DNA of 63,221 bases, counting the filler, from Cercozoa sp. M6MM (lineage: Eukaryota > Protista > Endomyxa: Ascetosporea), in the NCBI GenBank assembly GCA_040357565.1. It is 8 parts of 8 records of this genome, joined end to end, with 100 filler letters (N's around TTAATTAATTAA, not from the genome) between each part and the next. Parts side by side here need not be neighbours in the genome. Positions count along the whole stretch, not along the records: positions 14,319 to 25,913 come from JBDODJ010000397.1; positions 26,014 to 31,237 come from JBDODJ010000943.1; positions 31,338 to 35,303 come from JBDODJ010001259.1; positions 35,404 to 39,173 come from JBDODJ010001319.1; 4 more parts are not named here. One strand, 5' to 3'. The position numbers and the translations under genes were made by a program. The notes beneath the pieces are model-generated. The model had not been told where the DNA came from and did not search any database. It saw nothing but the letters and a program-made list of their open reading frames with translations. Positions 24,900 through 37,868 of the stretch are shown here, one piece after another; the first letter of the stretch is position 1, and every line of letters starts with the position of its first letter.

Positions 24900-25913
24900 G
24901 TTTGATCAGTTTCAGACTCAGAGTTCCATTGCTCTCGGCGATCAGAGCGACAGCGGTGAAAGCGGCAGCGAAACCGAAGACTGGGAACACCGCGTGCTTC
25001 GCTTGTCCGCACGAGCGAAAGACTGCGTCCGCACCGACGCACACTTCCGCGCGGAAGTTGAATCACTAAATCAACAGGAGCACGAAACACCGCGAGTAGC
25101 ACGACTTTGCGGACTTTTTCGACGCTCATGTGCCATTTTGGGACTGCTGGGAGCACCACCAGGTAAGGGTTTGCTTTGAATGAAATTGGGTGAAATAGCT
25201 TTGCTTTGAGTTGAAATAGCTTTGCTTTGAGTTGAAACCCCTTTGCTTTGAGTTGAAATAGCTTTGCTTTGAGTTGAAATAGCTTTGCTTTGAGTTGAAA
25301 TCGCTTTGCTTTGAGTTGAAATCGCTTTGTTTCGCCTTAGCACTGGACTCAAGGAAAGAGACAGAGCGGAATTTGCGAGTGGCGCTGCGACTGGTCGAAA
25401 GCGCAAAGGAAGCCACGGACGAGCAGCGCGTGGCTCTGCTGCTGGAGGTGCTGCGCACGTCGCAGCAGTGGCCGCCGTCGCTGCTGCAGTCGCTAGTGAC
25501 GACGTGTGTTCGCAACGGCTGCTCGCTGCGTCTGCTGCTGGACACTGCTGGCGATCTAACGTGGCTTTACCCCCCTTCTTACCCCCCTTCTTACCCCTCC
25601 TTCTTACTCCCCTTCTTACTCCCCTTCTTACCCCCTTATTACCTCCTTATTCCCCTCCTTATGACCCCCTTATTGTGCCCCTTCTTACCCTCTTGTTCCC
25701 CTATTTACCTCTCTATCACTTGCCTCTTGACTCCTGTACCCTCCTCTTCCGATTACCCGCAGTGTACCGGTGAGAGTGCTGCTGAAGGAGCGTGCGACAA
25801 GGTTGTTTCGCGAGACGTCCGCGGCACTCAGCGCGGAGGCAGGTGTCCGCGCGGAGATGCGACGGCAGTGCCGGCAGCTGGCGTGTCTGTGCGACTGCGT
25901 GGCACGTGTCGAC
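24900..25913 (+). CDS. Hypothetical multi-exon protein, truncated; start uncertain
   Basis: CG-rich exons separated by a 21-bp-repeat intron and a C-rich intron. Confidence 0.45.
25191..25330 (+). repeat. Intronic 21-bp tandem repeat GAGTTGAAATAGCTTTGCTTT, about 6-7 copies
   Basis: Directly visible between a GTAAGG donor and a TTAG acceptor. Confidence 0.9.
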
Positions 25914-26013
25914 NNNNNNNNNNNNNNNNNNNNNNNNNNNNNNNNNNNNNNNNNNNNTTAATTAATTAANNNNNNNNNNNNNNNNNNNNNNNNNNNNNNN
26001 NNNNNNNNNNNNN

Positions 26014-26590
26014 GGGGGGGGGGGTAAACAGGGGGGCAAACTACCTCGACGGCGTGATGGTGAGTTTCGTACATTTCGGATGCAGCACCACGCGAATGTC
26101 CGTGCTGCACTCCTCTGCTGGGGGAAGGGGGGGTAAAAAGGGGTAACAGGGAGGTAAACAGGGGGGTAAACAGGGGGGTAAACAGGGGGGTAAAACCAGG
26201 AGAGGACTCGTCGATGAAGACGGCGCCGGTGGGACCAGCATTCATCACCTCCAGTTTCAGCAGTGCCTACCAGTCAGGGTTCAGGGTCAGAGGGTCACCC
26301 TGGTATGAACGTCCGCGCGGAAGACTGTACCTTGCCCACGCGGACGACGAGCACTTGATTCTCCGCAAACGGGAAGCGCGTGTTGACTCGCCTGTCCATG
26401 TCTACCTATTTTACCCCCCCCCCCCCCCAACACAAACACAAGGTACGGCAGACGACGCCAGCTGCGCAGAATCGTGTCGACAATCTCGTCCTCGGAACTG
26501 CCCAGAAACGACAGTGCTTGGAGAAACGCCCAATATACCAGATGTATATATATATATATATATATAAAATTAAAATAGATATGTCTAAAA

Positions 26591-26637
<47 letters not shown>

Positions 26638-27247
26638 GTAAAATAAATTCATAAATTAATAAATTAATAAATAAAAATAAATAAATAAATAAATAGATAA
26701 ATAAATAAAATATATACATGTATATATTGTGTATGTGTACATAACGATGGACTGCTGCGTCAGCACGGATGCGGCAAAGGTGAGTGAGGCCAGCGAGCGG
26801 CCCGAGAGCTGCGACATCGGCACGGTCTCGACCTGGTACTCGACCGTGCCGGCCGCCGTCGACTGGTCCAGCAGGCCCGAGCGCTGCAGCGCCGACAGCG
26901 CCACGCAGCCGACGTCTACCTTGTCGTGCGGCTGACATGGGTACACAGAAGGCCGCTTGTTCGGCCCGCATAGCCGTAGCACTGTGCCTGGCGCCAGTCC
27001 TACATGTACACATATACACATGCACATCTCTGCCGACAAGAAAATACTACACATCAGAGTACCCAACTGAGGCGACACAAACACTGAGTTGTGGTACGCC
27101 ATGTTGTGCTCCGGCAGGGGCACCTACACGTCACAGCAGGGACACAGCCATAGTTGAAACCTTAGACTTCTGTTGCCGCAGCAAGGGCAAACTTGGAAAA
27201 CATCGCACCTGCGATAGGACGCCCTTGAAACTATTCATGGACGTCAT
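26014..27247 (-). CDS. NSF/Sec18-like N-terminal domain, truncated
   Basis: VPLPEHNMAYHNSVFVSP...YPCQPHDKVDVGCVALSALQR...FPFAENQVLVV resembles the NSF N domain; AAA domains are not in this contig. Confidence 0.6.
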
Positions 27248-27546
27248 TGTCTGTGTTTCTGTGCACTAGCACCACTAAGCACACACAATGACAAGACTTG
27301 TGGCTGTTCATCTGGTTTTTACTCTGAGCCAGTTTTTGAGCCAAAAAATCATTTACTTTCGGCTCGAGCTAGTCGACTGCCTAGCAACACGGCCGGAGCG
27401 ACAGACGTGTGCACATAAGTGTTGGCACGACAGACTTGTGGAAAATATTACTATGAGAACTTTTGCCATTCGCGGATTCGGCAGGTACGCCATTTTTGGT
27501 ATTTTGCAGCGACAATTTTCAGTTTGACGTTTCTCGCATTGACAGA

Positions 27547-28692
27547 ATGCGCCGAGGTGCCAGAAGGTTTGCCGAAAAGGCTGAGAAGCAACAACAGGTA
27601 AGCTGACGTTGCAGCTTGGCTTTGTGCTCGGCTATGATGTCTTTTTCTGTGCAGGAGGGCCCAAAGGTCGACCAGCTGGCGCGATTCGATGGTAAGACGG
27701 CAGGTCAGACGTTCAAGGAGATGTCGGGCTGGGAGCGCCTGCAGCTGCTGGGTCACGCTGTGTACCTGACGGGCGCCACGTGCCTGTCAGGCTACATGAT
27801 CTTCAACATGGGCGGCAATATCTTGGGCTCGATGTTCCACAAGAACCCGTACAGTGAGGCGGTCGATCAGCTGCAGAAGCACCAGGCCGCAACGCTTTTG
27901 CTCGGCGATGCGTTTCAGGTACATTGTGAACATTGAGTTCTTTGTTTGCGTTCAGCTGAGTTGCTTTGGCTTGCTTTAACTGAGTTGAGTTGAATTGAGC
28001 TGAGTTGAGTTGAATTGGGCGGAATTGGGTTTAGCTGAGCTGAGCTGAGTTGCTTTGATTTGAGTTGAACTTGTTTTTACTTGAGTTGACTTGCTTTGAC
28101 TTGAGTTGACTTCTTTGGGATTGATTTGTGTGAGGTTGAGCTAGCTCGAGTTGCTTTTGACTTGCTTGGATTGTTTGCCTTGTGGAATTGCTTGGCAGTG
28201 CGGCAAGGCACGCGTGCGCGACCAGTGGACGGACGAACTGGGCCGCAAGCACCAGATATTTGTCTTCAAGGCGTTTGGCAAGCGAGGCTCGGCGCGTGTG
28301 GAGACGCACTGGGTCACCGAGGTAGACGGCGACGTCGAGTGCCGCCAGACAGTGCTCAGCACGCGTGGTCGACGCGTCATGATCTACAAGGCCAGGCCTT
28401 CCTTCCGCCCGAAGTATGCTTTCGACTCGCGTGGTGTAGGATCATGTTTATCGCCGATCATTTATGTAGGGCATCGTCCTCCGCGTCCGCGCCTGTGAGC
28501 AGCTACTCGTCGCCCGAAGATTCCTCGGAGAGCGAGATGAAGTTTGGTACGCTTTTGTGTCCTTTGCCATCTTGCCTCAGGTAGTCTTGCTACCGTCACA
28601 TACGAGTAGGCACCGAGATGGCGCCGATGGACAACCAGCTCTCGTCCAGCAGCTTCACGGACGACGAGGACGAGATGACTATTACGCGCTAA
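27547..28692 (+). CDS. Tim21-like mitochondrial inner membrane protein
   Basis: Arg-rich N-terminus, one hydrophobic segment, PYSEAVDQL...LLG, DELGRKHQIFVFKAFGKRGSARV. Confidence 0.55.
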
Positions 28693-28917
28693 TGTGCAGC
28701 TTGCTATAATCATTTGACAGCTGTGTCAAATATTTCTAATACGCTAGCTACTGGCAGCTGGTACAGCTACTGTAGCCATCAGTCATTTTTTGATTTTCGC
28801 GGCGCTCCACCCGCCACCGGTGCTACTGTATGCACCGCAGCACTGAAGAGTCGACGTGTGTTACTGTGGCATAGTTGGGTATGCAGGGCTCGCCCGGCCC
28901 GGTTAGTTTAGTTTGTC

Positions 28918-31130
28918 ATGCCCAATCAATTTGGTGGTTCGGGAATGGTATGGTCTTGTTCAGATGGGCATGGACATGCCTCTGCTCACACCGGAGCAGA
29001 TCGCTGCTTTGACGCCGGCGCAGCGTCAGCAAGTAAATGCAGTTTCGTAGAGTTCTATGGTGGTTACACGTTCTGTGTGCAGTACGCGCAAATGATGCAG
29101 ATGCGAATGCAGATGCTCCAAATGTACCAGGTATAGTTGATGACAGCCTTGTGCATGTTTGTGCGGACACCTCAGATGCATGGTTTTGCAGATGCAGATG
29201 CAGATGCAAGCAGCTGCGATGCAGCAGGGCGTGTCCTTGCAGCCAGGCGCGCCCGTACAGTCGCATGTGCCTGTCCAGTCGCACGTGCCTGTCCAGTCGC
29301 ACGTGCCTGTCCAGTCGCACATGCCTGCCCAGTCGCACGTGCCTGCCCAGTCGCATGTGCCTGCCCAGTCGCACGTGCCTGTCCAGTCGCACGTGCCTGT
29401 ACATGTGCCTGTCCAGTCAGAAGAGTCACACGAGCCCGTGCAGTCAAGCACGTTGACCGAGGAGGTACGCGCGGACGGAGCGCAGCAGGCGCAGGAGGAC
29501 ACGGGCAGGCCTGTCGAGTCGGACCCGTTCGCGTCGCTGGTGTCGGTGCAGGAGGAGACACCGCTGCCGCAGCTGCCGCCACTGCCCGTGCCGGCCACTG
29601 GACATGCCGATCATGTGGTCACTGAGCACGTGGCCACTGACAGTGCCGATCATGTGGTCACTGAGCATGTGGTCATTGACAGTGCCGATCATGTGGTCAC
29701 CGGCGTTGATGCCGACGACGACTGGGGCTTTGACGACTCAGCTGTGGCCACGCCGGTCGTTGTGGCCGACGACGACGACTGGGGCTTCGACGACCGGCCC
29801 GTGCTGCCGACTCCTCTGGTACACTCTGTACCAATGTGGCTACACACTGACCCCTTATAAAATTGTACCGGCAGGTACAGACCGACGTACACACGGACGT
29901 ACACACCAGCGTACACACGGACGTACACACGGACGGACCCGCGGATTGGGGTTTCGACGAGACGAAGCAGGCCGCCGAGGCAGACGACTGGGGCTTTGAC
30001 ACCGAACCGGTACAGCAGGCACCGAGTGGACGCACCGAGTCGATACGTGCTGAGCCGATAGAGTCCAGCGAGGCGGTGCACGAGGACGAGGAGGACTGGG
30101 GCTTTGGGCCGCCTGCGCACGGTGACAAGGACGGTGCTGCCGTCGCTCTGACTGGTGTCACCGACGGTGTCACTGACGGTGTCACTGACGGTGCGACACG
30201 TGGTATCAACGACGGTGCCACTGACGCTGATGCCGACCCGTTCGCGTCGCTGATTGGCGAGTTCGCACCGTCGGCACGCGGCACCGTCACGGACAGCAGG
30301 CACACCAGCAGGGATACCGTCAGTGACACCGTCAGGGACACCGTCAGTGGCGACTGGGACTTCCCCGCGGATGACGGTGATCGCCACGTGGCCACTGACA
30401 CCGTCACTGACACCGTCACTGACACCGCCACTGACACCGCCACTGGCAGTGCCGAGACACCTGTGGCGCCGCGACCGGCCTTGGACGACCTGCTGTTCGC
30501 GCACCTCGGACTGGCCGACGCCGCCGACGCGCCGCTGCCCTCGCTGGGTAGTCTTTACCCCCCCATTTACCCCCCCCCCCCATTTACCCCCTCTTTACCC
30601 CCCTCTTTACACCCTCTTTACCCCCCTCTTTACACCCTATTTACCCCTTCTTTTCCTACCCATACCATCCCTCTCTTTACCCCTGTACCCCCGCGCAGGC
30701 GAGTTGACACTCGCGCCGGCAGAGAGCAAGAGCGAAACCGTCGCAGCAGTCGTTGATACCGCCAGTGCAGTGGTCGAAACCGTCGCTGCAGTCGTTGATA
30801 CGGAGGAGTGGCACACGTTGGAACCGGCATCGGCGGTGGCTGCGGACGACTGGGCCGCTTTCTCCGACGATGACAAGACTGTCGATACTGAGCACGTGGT
30901 CACTGAGGGACACGTGGTCACTGAGCACGGGGTCACTGAGCACGGGGTCACTGAGCACGGGGTCACTGAGGCACACGTGGTCACTGAGCATGTGGTCACT
31001 GGGAAGCACGTGGAACACGTGGACGCAGAGTGGCCGCCGGTGTTTGCACTGTGCGTGTCGCTGCTGCAGCAGGGCCTGCAGGTGGCCGACGCTGCGCGAC
31101 AGGCCGGCATCGACCTGCGTTGTCCGGCGT
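28918..31130 (+). CDS. Low-complexity protein with Met/Gln-rich N-terminus, coding tandem repeats and acidic W/F motifs; truncated
   Basis: (V/A)QSHVP repeats, TEH(G/V)V repeats, several D(D)WGF, two DPFASL, DWDF, DDWAAFSD. Confidence 0.65.
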
Positions 31131-31337
31131 ACCCCTCCCCACCCTATTCCTACCCCACGCCACCCTACCCTACCCCCGCCCTACCCTACCTTACCCTACC
31201 CTACCCTACATTACCCTGCATGATCTAACATACCTTTNNNNNNNNNNNNNNNNNNNNNNNNNNNNNNNNNNNNNNNNNNNNTTAATTAATTAANNNNNNN
31301 NNNNNNNNNNNNNNNNNNNNNNNNNNNNNNNNNNNNN

Positions 31338-31375
<38 letters not shown>

Positions 31376-31404
31376 CTTCATGTGAGTACGGGATGCTTGC
31401 GCAG

Positions 31405-32114
31405 CTGGCGTTCACGCCGACGGCCGTGATTGGTTTGAACAAGGACCTCGACATTGTCACGGACTTCTCGGTGCGCTCGTGTGCGCCGCCATCACGCTTC
31501 GCGTACCCGCCCGAGATCGAGGTACGTCAGTGCGATTACTTTTGATTGAGACGCGGCAGTATGTGTGTTTGCTTTGTTGCAGGTGAAAAAGGCAGAGAAG
31601 AAGAAGAAGATGGCCAAGGCAACGCTGTCGACGACAAAGAAAGCCGCCATGCGTCGGCAACGTAAGAAGCGCGGTGGCAAGGGCGACAACGCCGTAAGTC
31701 TTTCCCCTGATGGAATCGAACACTGTGACTCGTAGTGTTGTTATATGTGTTTTGGTTTGTGGCCCTTGCAGATGACGGATGATGGTGACGAGGAGGCGCA
31801 AAGCACAGAGAGTCACAGCAGCCAGAGCGAAAGTGGCAAGAAGGACAGCAGCAGCAAGGACACTAGCGACAAGCTGCAACAGCAGGACAAGAGCGAGAAC
31901 GAGCCGGACTTTGAGCTCGTGCCGAACTTCAGTCGAATCACCGTGCAGCAGCGCGAGTTTGTCACCGTAGATGCCGACCAGCGGTACCAACCGGTGAAAC
32001 AGTCAGCCTGCAGCGGCTTCCTGGTGCTGCACGACACGCGACCACACGAGCCGCAGAAGCTTCTTGAAGAGCAGGCCGTGCTGGGTACATGATCCGCACT
32101 GTTCACACACACAC

Positions 32115-32183
<69 letters not shown>

Positions 32184-32287
32184 CCTCTTTCCATGTTTTT
32201 CATGTATTTTGACGGTGTTGCTGCGCAGTGGGTTCTATCGACGATGAACCGGCGCCCCCGGAGCCGTTCGAGTTCACGCGATACTAA
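31405..32287 (+). CDS. RPN2: 26S proteasome regulatory subunit Rpn2, 3' part
   Basis: LAFTPTAVIGLNKDL, PSRFAYPP, ATLSTT, EPDFELVPNFSRI, RYQPVK, terminal DEPAPPEPFEF. Confidence 0.93.
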
Positions 32288-33085
32288 ACTAAACAATGCA
32301 ACGCGCGGCAGCGCAGGTTTGGTTTACTTTCGTACTGCGCTGCCATCGCATTCAGCTGGACATGACGTGGGATAGTTTATTGTCGAGTGACTTACCATAC
32401 GCGCGCTACACTGGCAGTACTGTAGCACAGCGCTAGATTTTCACTGAAAATCGTTGTTTAAGCAGAATTTAAGCCTCACAAAAGTTCTAATTTGTGTTGA
32501 TATCGCCTTACAGCAAGCGACCGCCTAAACGTGTTGAGGTGACGCAGCGTCCATTCGAAATTGCTGAATCAAAACGCACTAAACCGCCGATTCGAGCTTA
32601 CTAATATTGGCAAAATACTGTTATAACAGGGCATCCAGTGGTAAATTACATCTAATAAAAGCAATTTGAGTGCGGTATTTTTGGGTTGTGTCGATTTTGC
32701 CTCTAAAAACCCCGCCATACCCGCGGAGATAGTAGTTTGGCCCGGGTCCTAGTCTACAACATGTGTGGCGTTCGCTGCGCAGTCGAGAGTTTGATTGCTG
32801 GGAAGGCACGCGTGCACGCGCGACCGCCCACCCAAATGTCCGAAACTCGGGCTTTCACATCGTTCTCGTCCGATTCCGGCACGACGCTTGCCGCGACTAG
32901 CGAGCGATACCGAGCGAACGCTGACGTGTGTTGACAACGACTCTCGCGAATTGCGTAGCACTATTGTACTTCTTGTTTTTCTCGCTTTCACAGCTACTCA
33001 GACGACTTAGTTGGTTGCAGTTGGTTGTTTCACCGACACTTGTCCTATATCACCTTTCAGTTTAGTTTTAAACTTCGATTGAATC

Positions 33086-35250
33086 ATGATGAGAGTTTTG
33101 GTTGCTCTTTCGGTGTCGATATCGACACTGGAGTTGCCACTAGTGGCGGCTTCGATGGTGCCGCAGATCCTTCCCGAACTGTCCCACGCAGTAGCCAATA
33201 CGAACACGATGTGGCCAAGAAGCTACCAAGTGCCGGCCGGCAAGAGCCCTGAAGATCTGCCGACTGAAAACGGCGAGTTCATGTGCTTACTCGAAGCTTT
33301 GGAGCGTGGAGGTGCAGCGACTCGCCTGGTTCGTGTCGACCCGGAGGCACAACCTTACCTTGGCGTCGTTCACGAGTTCCGCCGCGAGGATGACTCCGAA
33401 TTACTACAAGAACACAAAGGTACAGTTTTGTCATCTTACGTTGCTTTAAACTACTGATGTGCTCGAACAGTTATTCCCGCCACCCAAGGTCGTTTTTGTC
33501 ACGAAGCGGTAAATTTGGACGGAGCTTATCCTTGAGACCCAAGGTAGAACACAGTATAAGTTTCTACGGTGCAATTGTTGTAGGTGCAATCGCTGATCTG
33601 GCTTGCCACCGTGTACTCCAAGTGGCCGCACGACGGTGAGGCCAAAATGCAACTGGCTCGGACCGCACTAGCTCAAACGCAAACCTCGGCGACGCTGGTA
33701 GAACTGCTGGAAGCCTGCAACTACCTGGGAGTGACGGAGGAGTTGAAAGCACACGCTCTGCTGACGACTGCTCTGCACGCATCCATTACCTGGCACAACG
33801 CGAGTGAAGTTCTCGACGCGCTGCTGCCCGCTGAAGCCACGGATTCGACAGTCGCAAGGTGCATCACTGTTTTCAACTGGGGAATTTCTGTTTGTTAGAT
33901 TCAGCCTGCAGAGACATAATCTCTGATGTCCTGTCTTCGGCTTCCATGCGCTGGGAGACACTGCGACTGGACGCAACACTGCTCGTGAGCCCTGACTCGC
34001 TAGAATTCGAAGAGCGTGTGCTGTTTCTGCAAGGTCAGTTTCTCCCATGTTTCAGTCGCAGTTTATTAAACAACGGTGTATGCTTTAGCACTCTTTGGTG
34101 GCGCTGGTCCCGGGATAGTACGACTGCTGGGGTCTGTGGGAGGAAAGCCCATCTCACGCGAGGTACAGATATGTGACTTTCAATGCTACACCCGTTGAGT
34201 CACAAGTGCTACTAAATTTATGTTTGTATTTTGTTTAGTTATTGTCTCTGTACGAAACACTACTGAGTCGCTTGGTCACTACCGGCGTCACAGTCACTCG
34301 ACTCGTTCTAAGCGACCTCATGATGGGCTCCGTGCTTTTTCAGCGTGTCAAAGGTATCTGTACTGCTGACTTTTAGCTTTGTTTCTCGAACTGCCGTTTG
34401 CGGATCGTGGTAAACAGACCTTCAACCTGAGCGACTGGAACTCGACGCTGTCAGTTTCGACTTGGAATCTGGAATTCAGACATTCGCTGAATGGGCACAA
34501 CGTGCGCTATTAATGGAGTTACACTTCAAGCACTACAACTATCCGAGTCCGGTAAAATTTGATCAATACCGAGACTGAACTGCAATGCTGCGAAAACCAC
34601 GTCCGACTGAATGTTCGCAGGGTGTACAACCCGTCTCGGTGCTGCTAAAACGACTTCCCAGCTGCTTGCAAGTGCTAAACTTGAACAACACACTTGTCGG
34701 AGACCAGTTACATGTCTTGACGGTCCCTGCACTGACGAGTCTGTCGCTGCAGGGATCGCTGCCGACAGCTGCGGACATTGTGCGTTTGTTCTGTCTTTTT
34801 CAGCTCAGTTGACATTTCTGAAAGGAAAGATGTTTGTGTCTCCAGACTTCATTGAAAGGACGCACGCTGACTCACCTGGACCTCGGCGCCAACACCAGAA
34901 TGGGAAACTCGCACATGGCAGCGCTTGCGTCTCTGCTGAGGGCCGGTTTAGCGCAGTCTCTCGAGACCCTAGGTGCTCGATCTTGTCAATGCAAAGAGTT
35001 GTACCCACTGGCATGTTGACATTGGTGTTTAGATCTTCAAGGAGCTACGCAAGCCAATTTAAGCAAGGTGTTCGATGCACTGTCTGTGCCGGGCTCGTGT
35101 TCTTTGGTATTAAAGCTCGATACAATAACGAATGTGACACATATTCTGCCCCGCCCACCAGGTCAAACTGAACGTGTCGGACACGCGAGCTCATGTGTCA
35201 ATCAGCGAGTTCAAGCATGCCCTGAAGAACTGCTCGCAGCTTGAGGTGTG
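33086..35250 (+). CDS. Protein with Skp1/BTB-like helix and C-terminal leucine-rich repeats; truncated, start uncertain
   Basis: LVELLEACNYLGV; LQVLNLNNT, LTSLSLQG, LTHLDLGAN, LETL-DLQG. Confidence 0.55.
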
Positions 35251-35255
35251 TACAC

Positions 35256-35303
<48 letters not shown>

Positions 35304-35756
35304 NNNNNNNNNNNNNNNNNNNNNNNNNNNNNNNNNNNNNNNNNNNNTTAATTAATTAANNNNNNNNNNNNNNNNNNNNNNNNNNNNNNNNNNNNNNNNN
35401 NNNGTCTCAAACTTGTTTGAGACATAGATTATGACCTCCACGCGGACGGGTCAGAGCAATGACTACCGAAAATGTGCAGTAACATTATTTTGCGCCGTGC
35501 GGCCTGGGCTCCATCTTGGTCAAGCGATACTAATTTACGGAGTTAGCAAACTTGAGCTTGGGACCAACAAGTCAGACTGCTCTGGTCTCCGCGCGGAGCA
35601 GCCGAGCGAAAGACTTCAGTTTGGTTCGCGCGTGTGTGTGTGTGTGGGTGTGTGCAGCACTGACACACAGGTTTTTGGACATATTCTATCGTATCTGGTC
35701 TCCACAACTACAAGTCGCCTTGCATAGGATGCATACCGCATACCCATACCAAAAAT

Positions 35757-35928
35757 GTTACGGTATGGAAACCAGTAACTAAGGTATTGAAGACGACTTA
35801 ATAAAGGAAGTAACACGTCGGTTAGAATGGCGTCGATGCGGAGGATTAGAAGACATACCCTTGTAGAAAAGGTCGTCGAAAGCTCGAAGGCTTGTTGATG
35901 GCAATTAAAAGAAAACAGCCCAAGCACT
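35757..35928 (-). repeat. Dispersed ~170-bp repeat, copy B
   Basis: Reverse-complement match to 14955-15116. Confidence 0.9.
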
Positions 35929-36146
35929 ATCACGGCAGAACGTATCAAGTGCGAAGGGATAAGAGCTCCGTAGAAGGAAGCTGGAGAAGAGATACCTGCA
36001 GTCAAAGTGTTACACCCTGAGATACCTAGCAAACCACACTGGTTCAGATTTGATCGTCCGCGCTGACGAGTAGTCAGATGACAACTTGACTGGTTGAGAA
36101 ACGCTATGCCGTAACAAAAAGACACCGGAAAAGTGTAGAGGATGAT

Positions 36147-36168
36147 GGTGTCAAAAAGACACCGGAAA
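36147..36168 (-). terminator. H4 3' stem-loop TTTCC-GGTGTC-TTTTT-GACACC (partial second copy at 36115-36135)
   Basis: 6-bp perfect stem about 65 nt after the stop codon; same element follows H3. Confidence 0.75.
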
Positions 36169-36228
36169 AGTGCAACAAGGCACAATTCGTTGTGTTTGTG
36201 AGTGTTAGAAGCGCGCGCTTGAACGAAC

Positions 36229-36675
<447 letters not shown>

Positions 36676-36947
36676 CTATTTAGATTGTGCTTTAGAAGCT
36701 CTTGCTCCGCTACACACCGGTAACTAATATTTACAGGGCTTTGCCATGCTGTGACTGGTTAAAGCTGGCGTGTGGGAGGAGAAAATATTGGTATTTTGGT
36801 TTTTTTTTAAAACAGCCCAAAGACTTTTGTGGATTTCTTCGCGTACAGTGTGCCAACTGCGCTTAGGTTAATTAGGGCATGTTTAATGTTAATTTTAAAT
36901 GTTATCAGAGAGTTTTAGCCTCTAATATGCACTGTGCGAGTTTTTGT

Positions 36948-37044
36948 GCAAAATGGTGGCACACTCGGCAACTTTGACAGATCGGGCAGTAGGCTCCTGT
37001 GCCGCTGGTCTGTGGGACGAATTACCCAGCAAGAGTTTTCTCTT
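36948..37044 (+). promoter_or_regulatory. Conserved upstream cassette of H3
   Basis: GCAAAATGGTGGCACACTCGGCAACTTT, GGCAGTRGGCTCCTGTGCCGCTGG, TTACCCAGCAAGAGTTTTCTCTT. Confidence 0.85.
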
Positions 37045-37079
37045 TCAAGTCTCCAACAAGACCAAGCAAGACAAGTAAG

Positions 37080-37493
37080 ATGGCCCGCACCAAGCAGACC
37101 GCCCGCAAGACGCACGGTGGCAAGGCGCCGCGCAAGCAGCTCGCCACCAAGGCCGCACGCAAGTCGGCCCCGGCCACGGCTGGCCTCAAGCGTCCGCACC
37201 GCTTCCGTCCAGGCACGGTGGCCCTGCGCGAGATCCGCCGCTACCAGAAGTCGACGGAGCTCCTGATCCGCAAGCTGCCGTTCCAGCGTCTGGTTCGTGA
37301 GATCGCCCAGGACTTCAAGGCCGATCTCCGTTTCCAGGGTACCGCCATCCTCGCGCTGCAGGAGGCCGCCGAGGCCTACCTGGTCGGTCTCTTCGAGGAC
37401 ACGAACCTCTGCGCCATCCACGCCAAGCGCGTCACCATCATGCCCAAGGACATGCAGCTCGCGCGCCGTATCCGCGGTGAGCGCAACGCCTAA
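37080..37493 (+). CDS. H3: Histone H3, intronless
   Basis: [22 protein letters not shown]...[10 protein letters not shown]. Confidence 0.99.
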   Translation: MARTKQTARKTHGGKAPRKQLATKAARKSAPATAGLKRPHRFRPGTVALREIRRYQKSTELLIRKLPFQRLVREIAQDFKADLRFQGTAILALQEAAEAYLVGLFEDTNLCAIHAKRVTIMPKDMQLARRIRGERNA

Positions 37494-37546
37494 GTCGCAT
37501 GCTCCGGCCACAAACACCCACTTCTCATCTCGATCCCTGTGATCGA

Positions 37547-37572
37547 TTTCCGGTGTCTCTCTGACACCACCA
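37547..37572 (+). terminator. H3 3' stem-loop TTTCC-GGTGTC-TCTCT-GACACC-ACCA
   Basis: 6-bp perfect stem about 58 nt after the stop codon, followed by ACCA. Confidence 0.75.
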
Positions 37573-37868
37573 AACACAAGTAGTTTTGTAGTTTGAGTCA
37601 AGCGGGGTATCTACCCTGTAAGCCCCCTAAAGCCTTAACCCGTCAGAGATTGTGTAGTTAGCCCTCACGGAGAAGATTCGGCGTTCAATCCTCGACTGAA
37701 ACATCCAGATCCGTGAACCGAACTAAAAAGCTTGTAGGTGACGCACAGTCGAGTCTGCGAGAATCTTGCAGTTTGTCATGGGTATGGCAGCTGCATTGCC
37801 GCAGTGTACAATCCAACCGAAGCCGTTCGAGGCTGCGTTGAGACGAGACGCACGCTTGGCATGGAGTA

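Noticed and set aside
25191-25330. 21-30 bp arrays as CRISPR
   Set aside because: Head-to-tail tandem units with no spacers, inside eukaryotic introns, and no cas genes.
32433-32448. CTAGATTTWCACTGAA shared with 42895-42910 as a promoter motif
   Set aside because: A 15/16 match is expected by chance many times in 63 kb.
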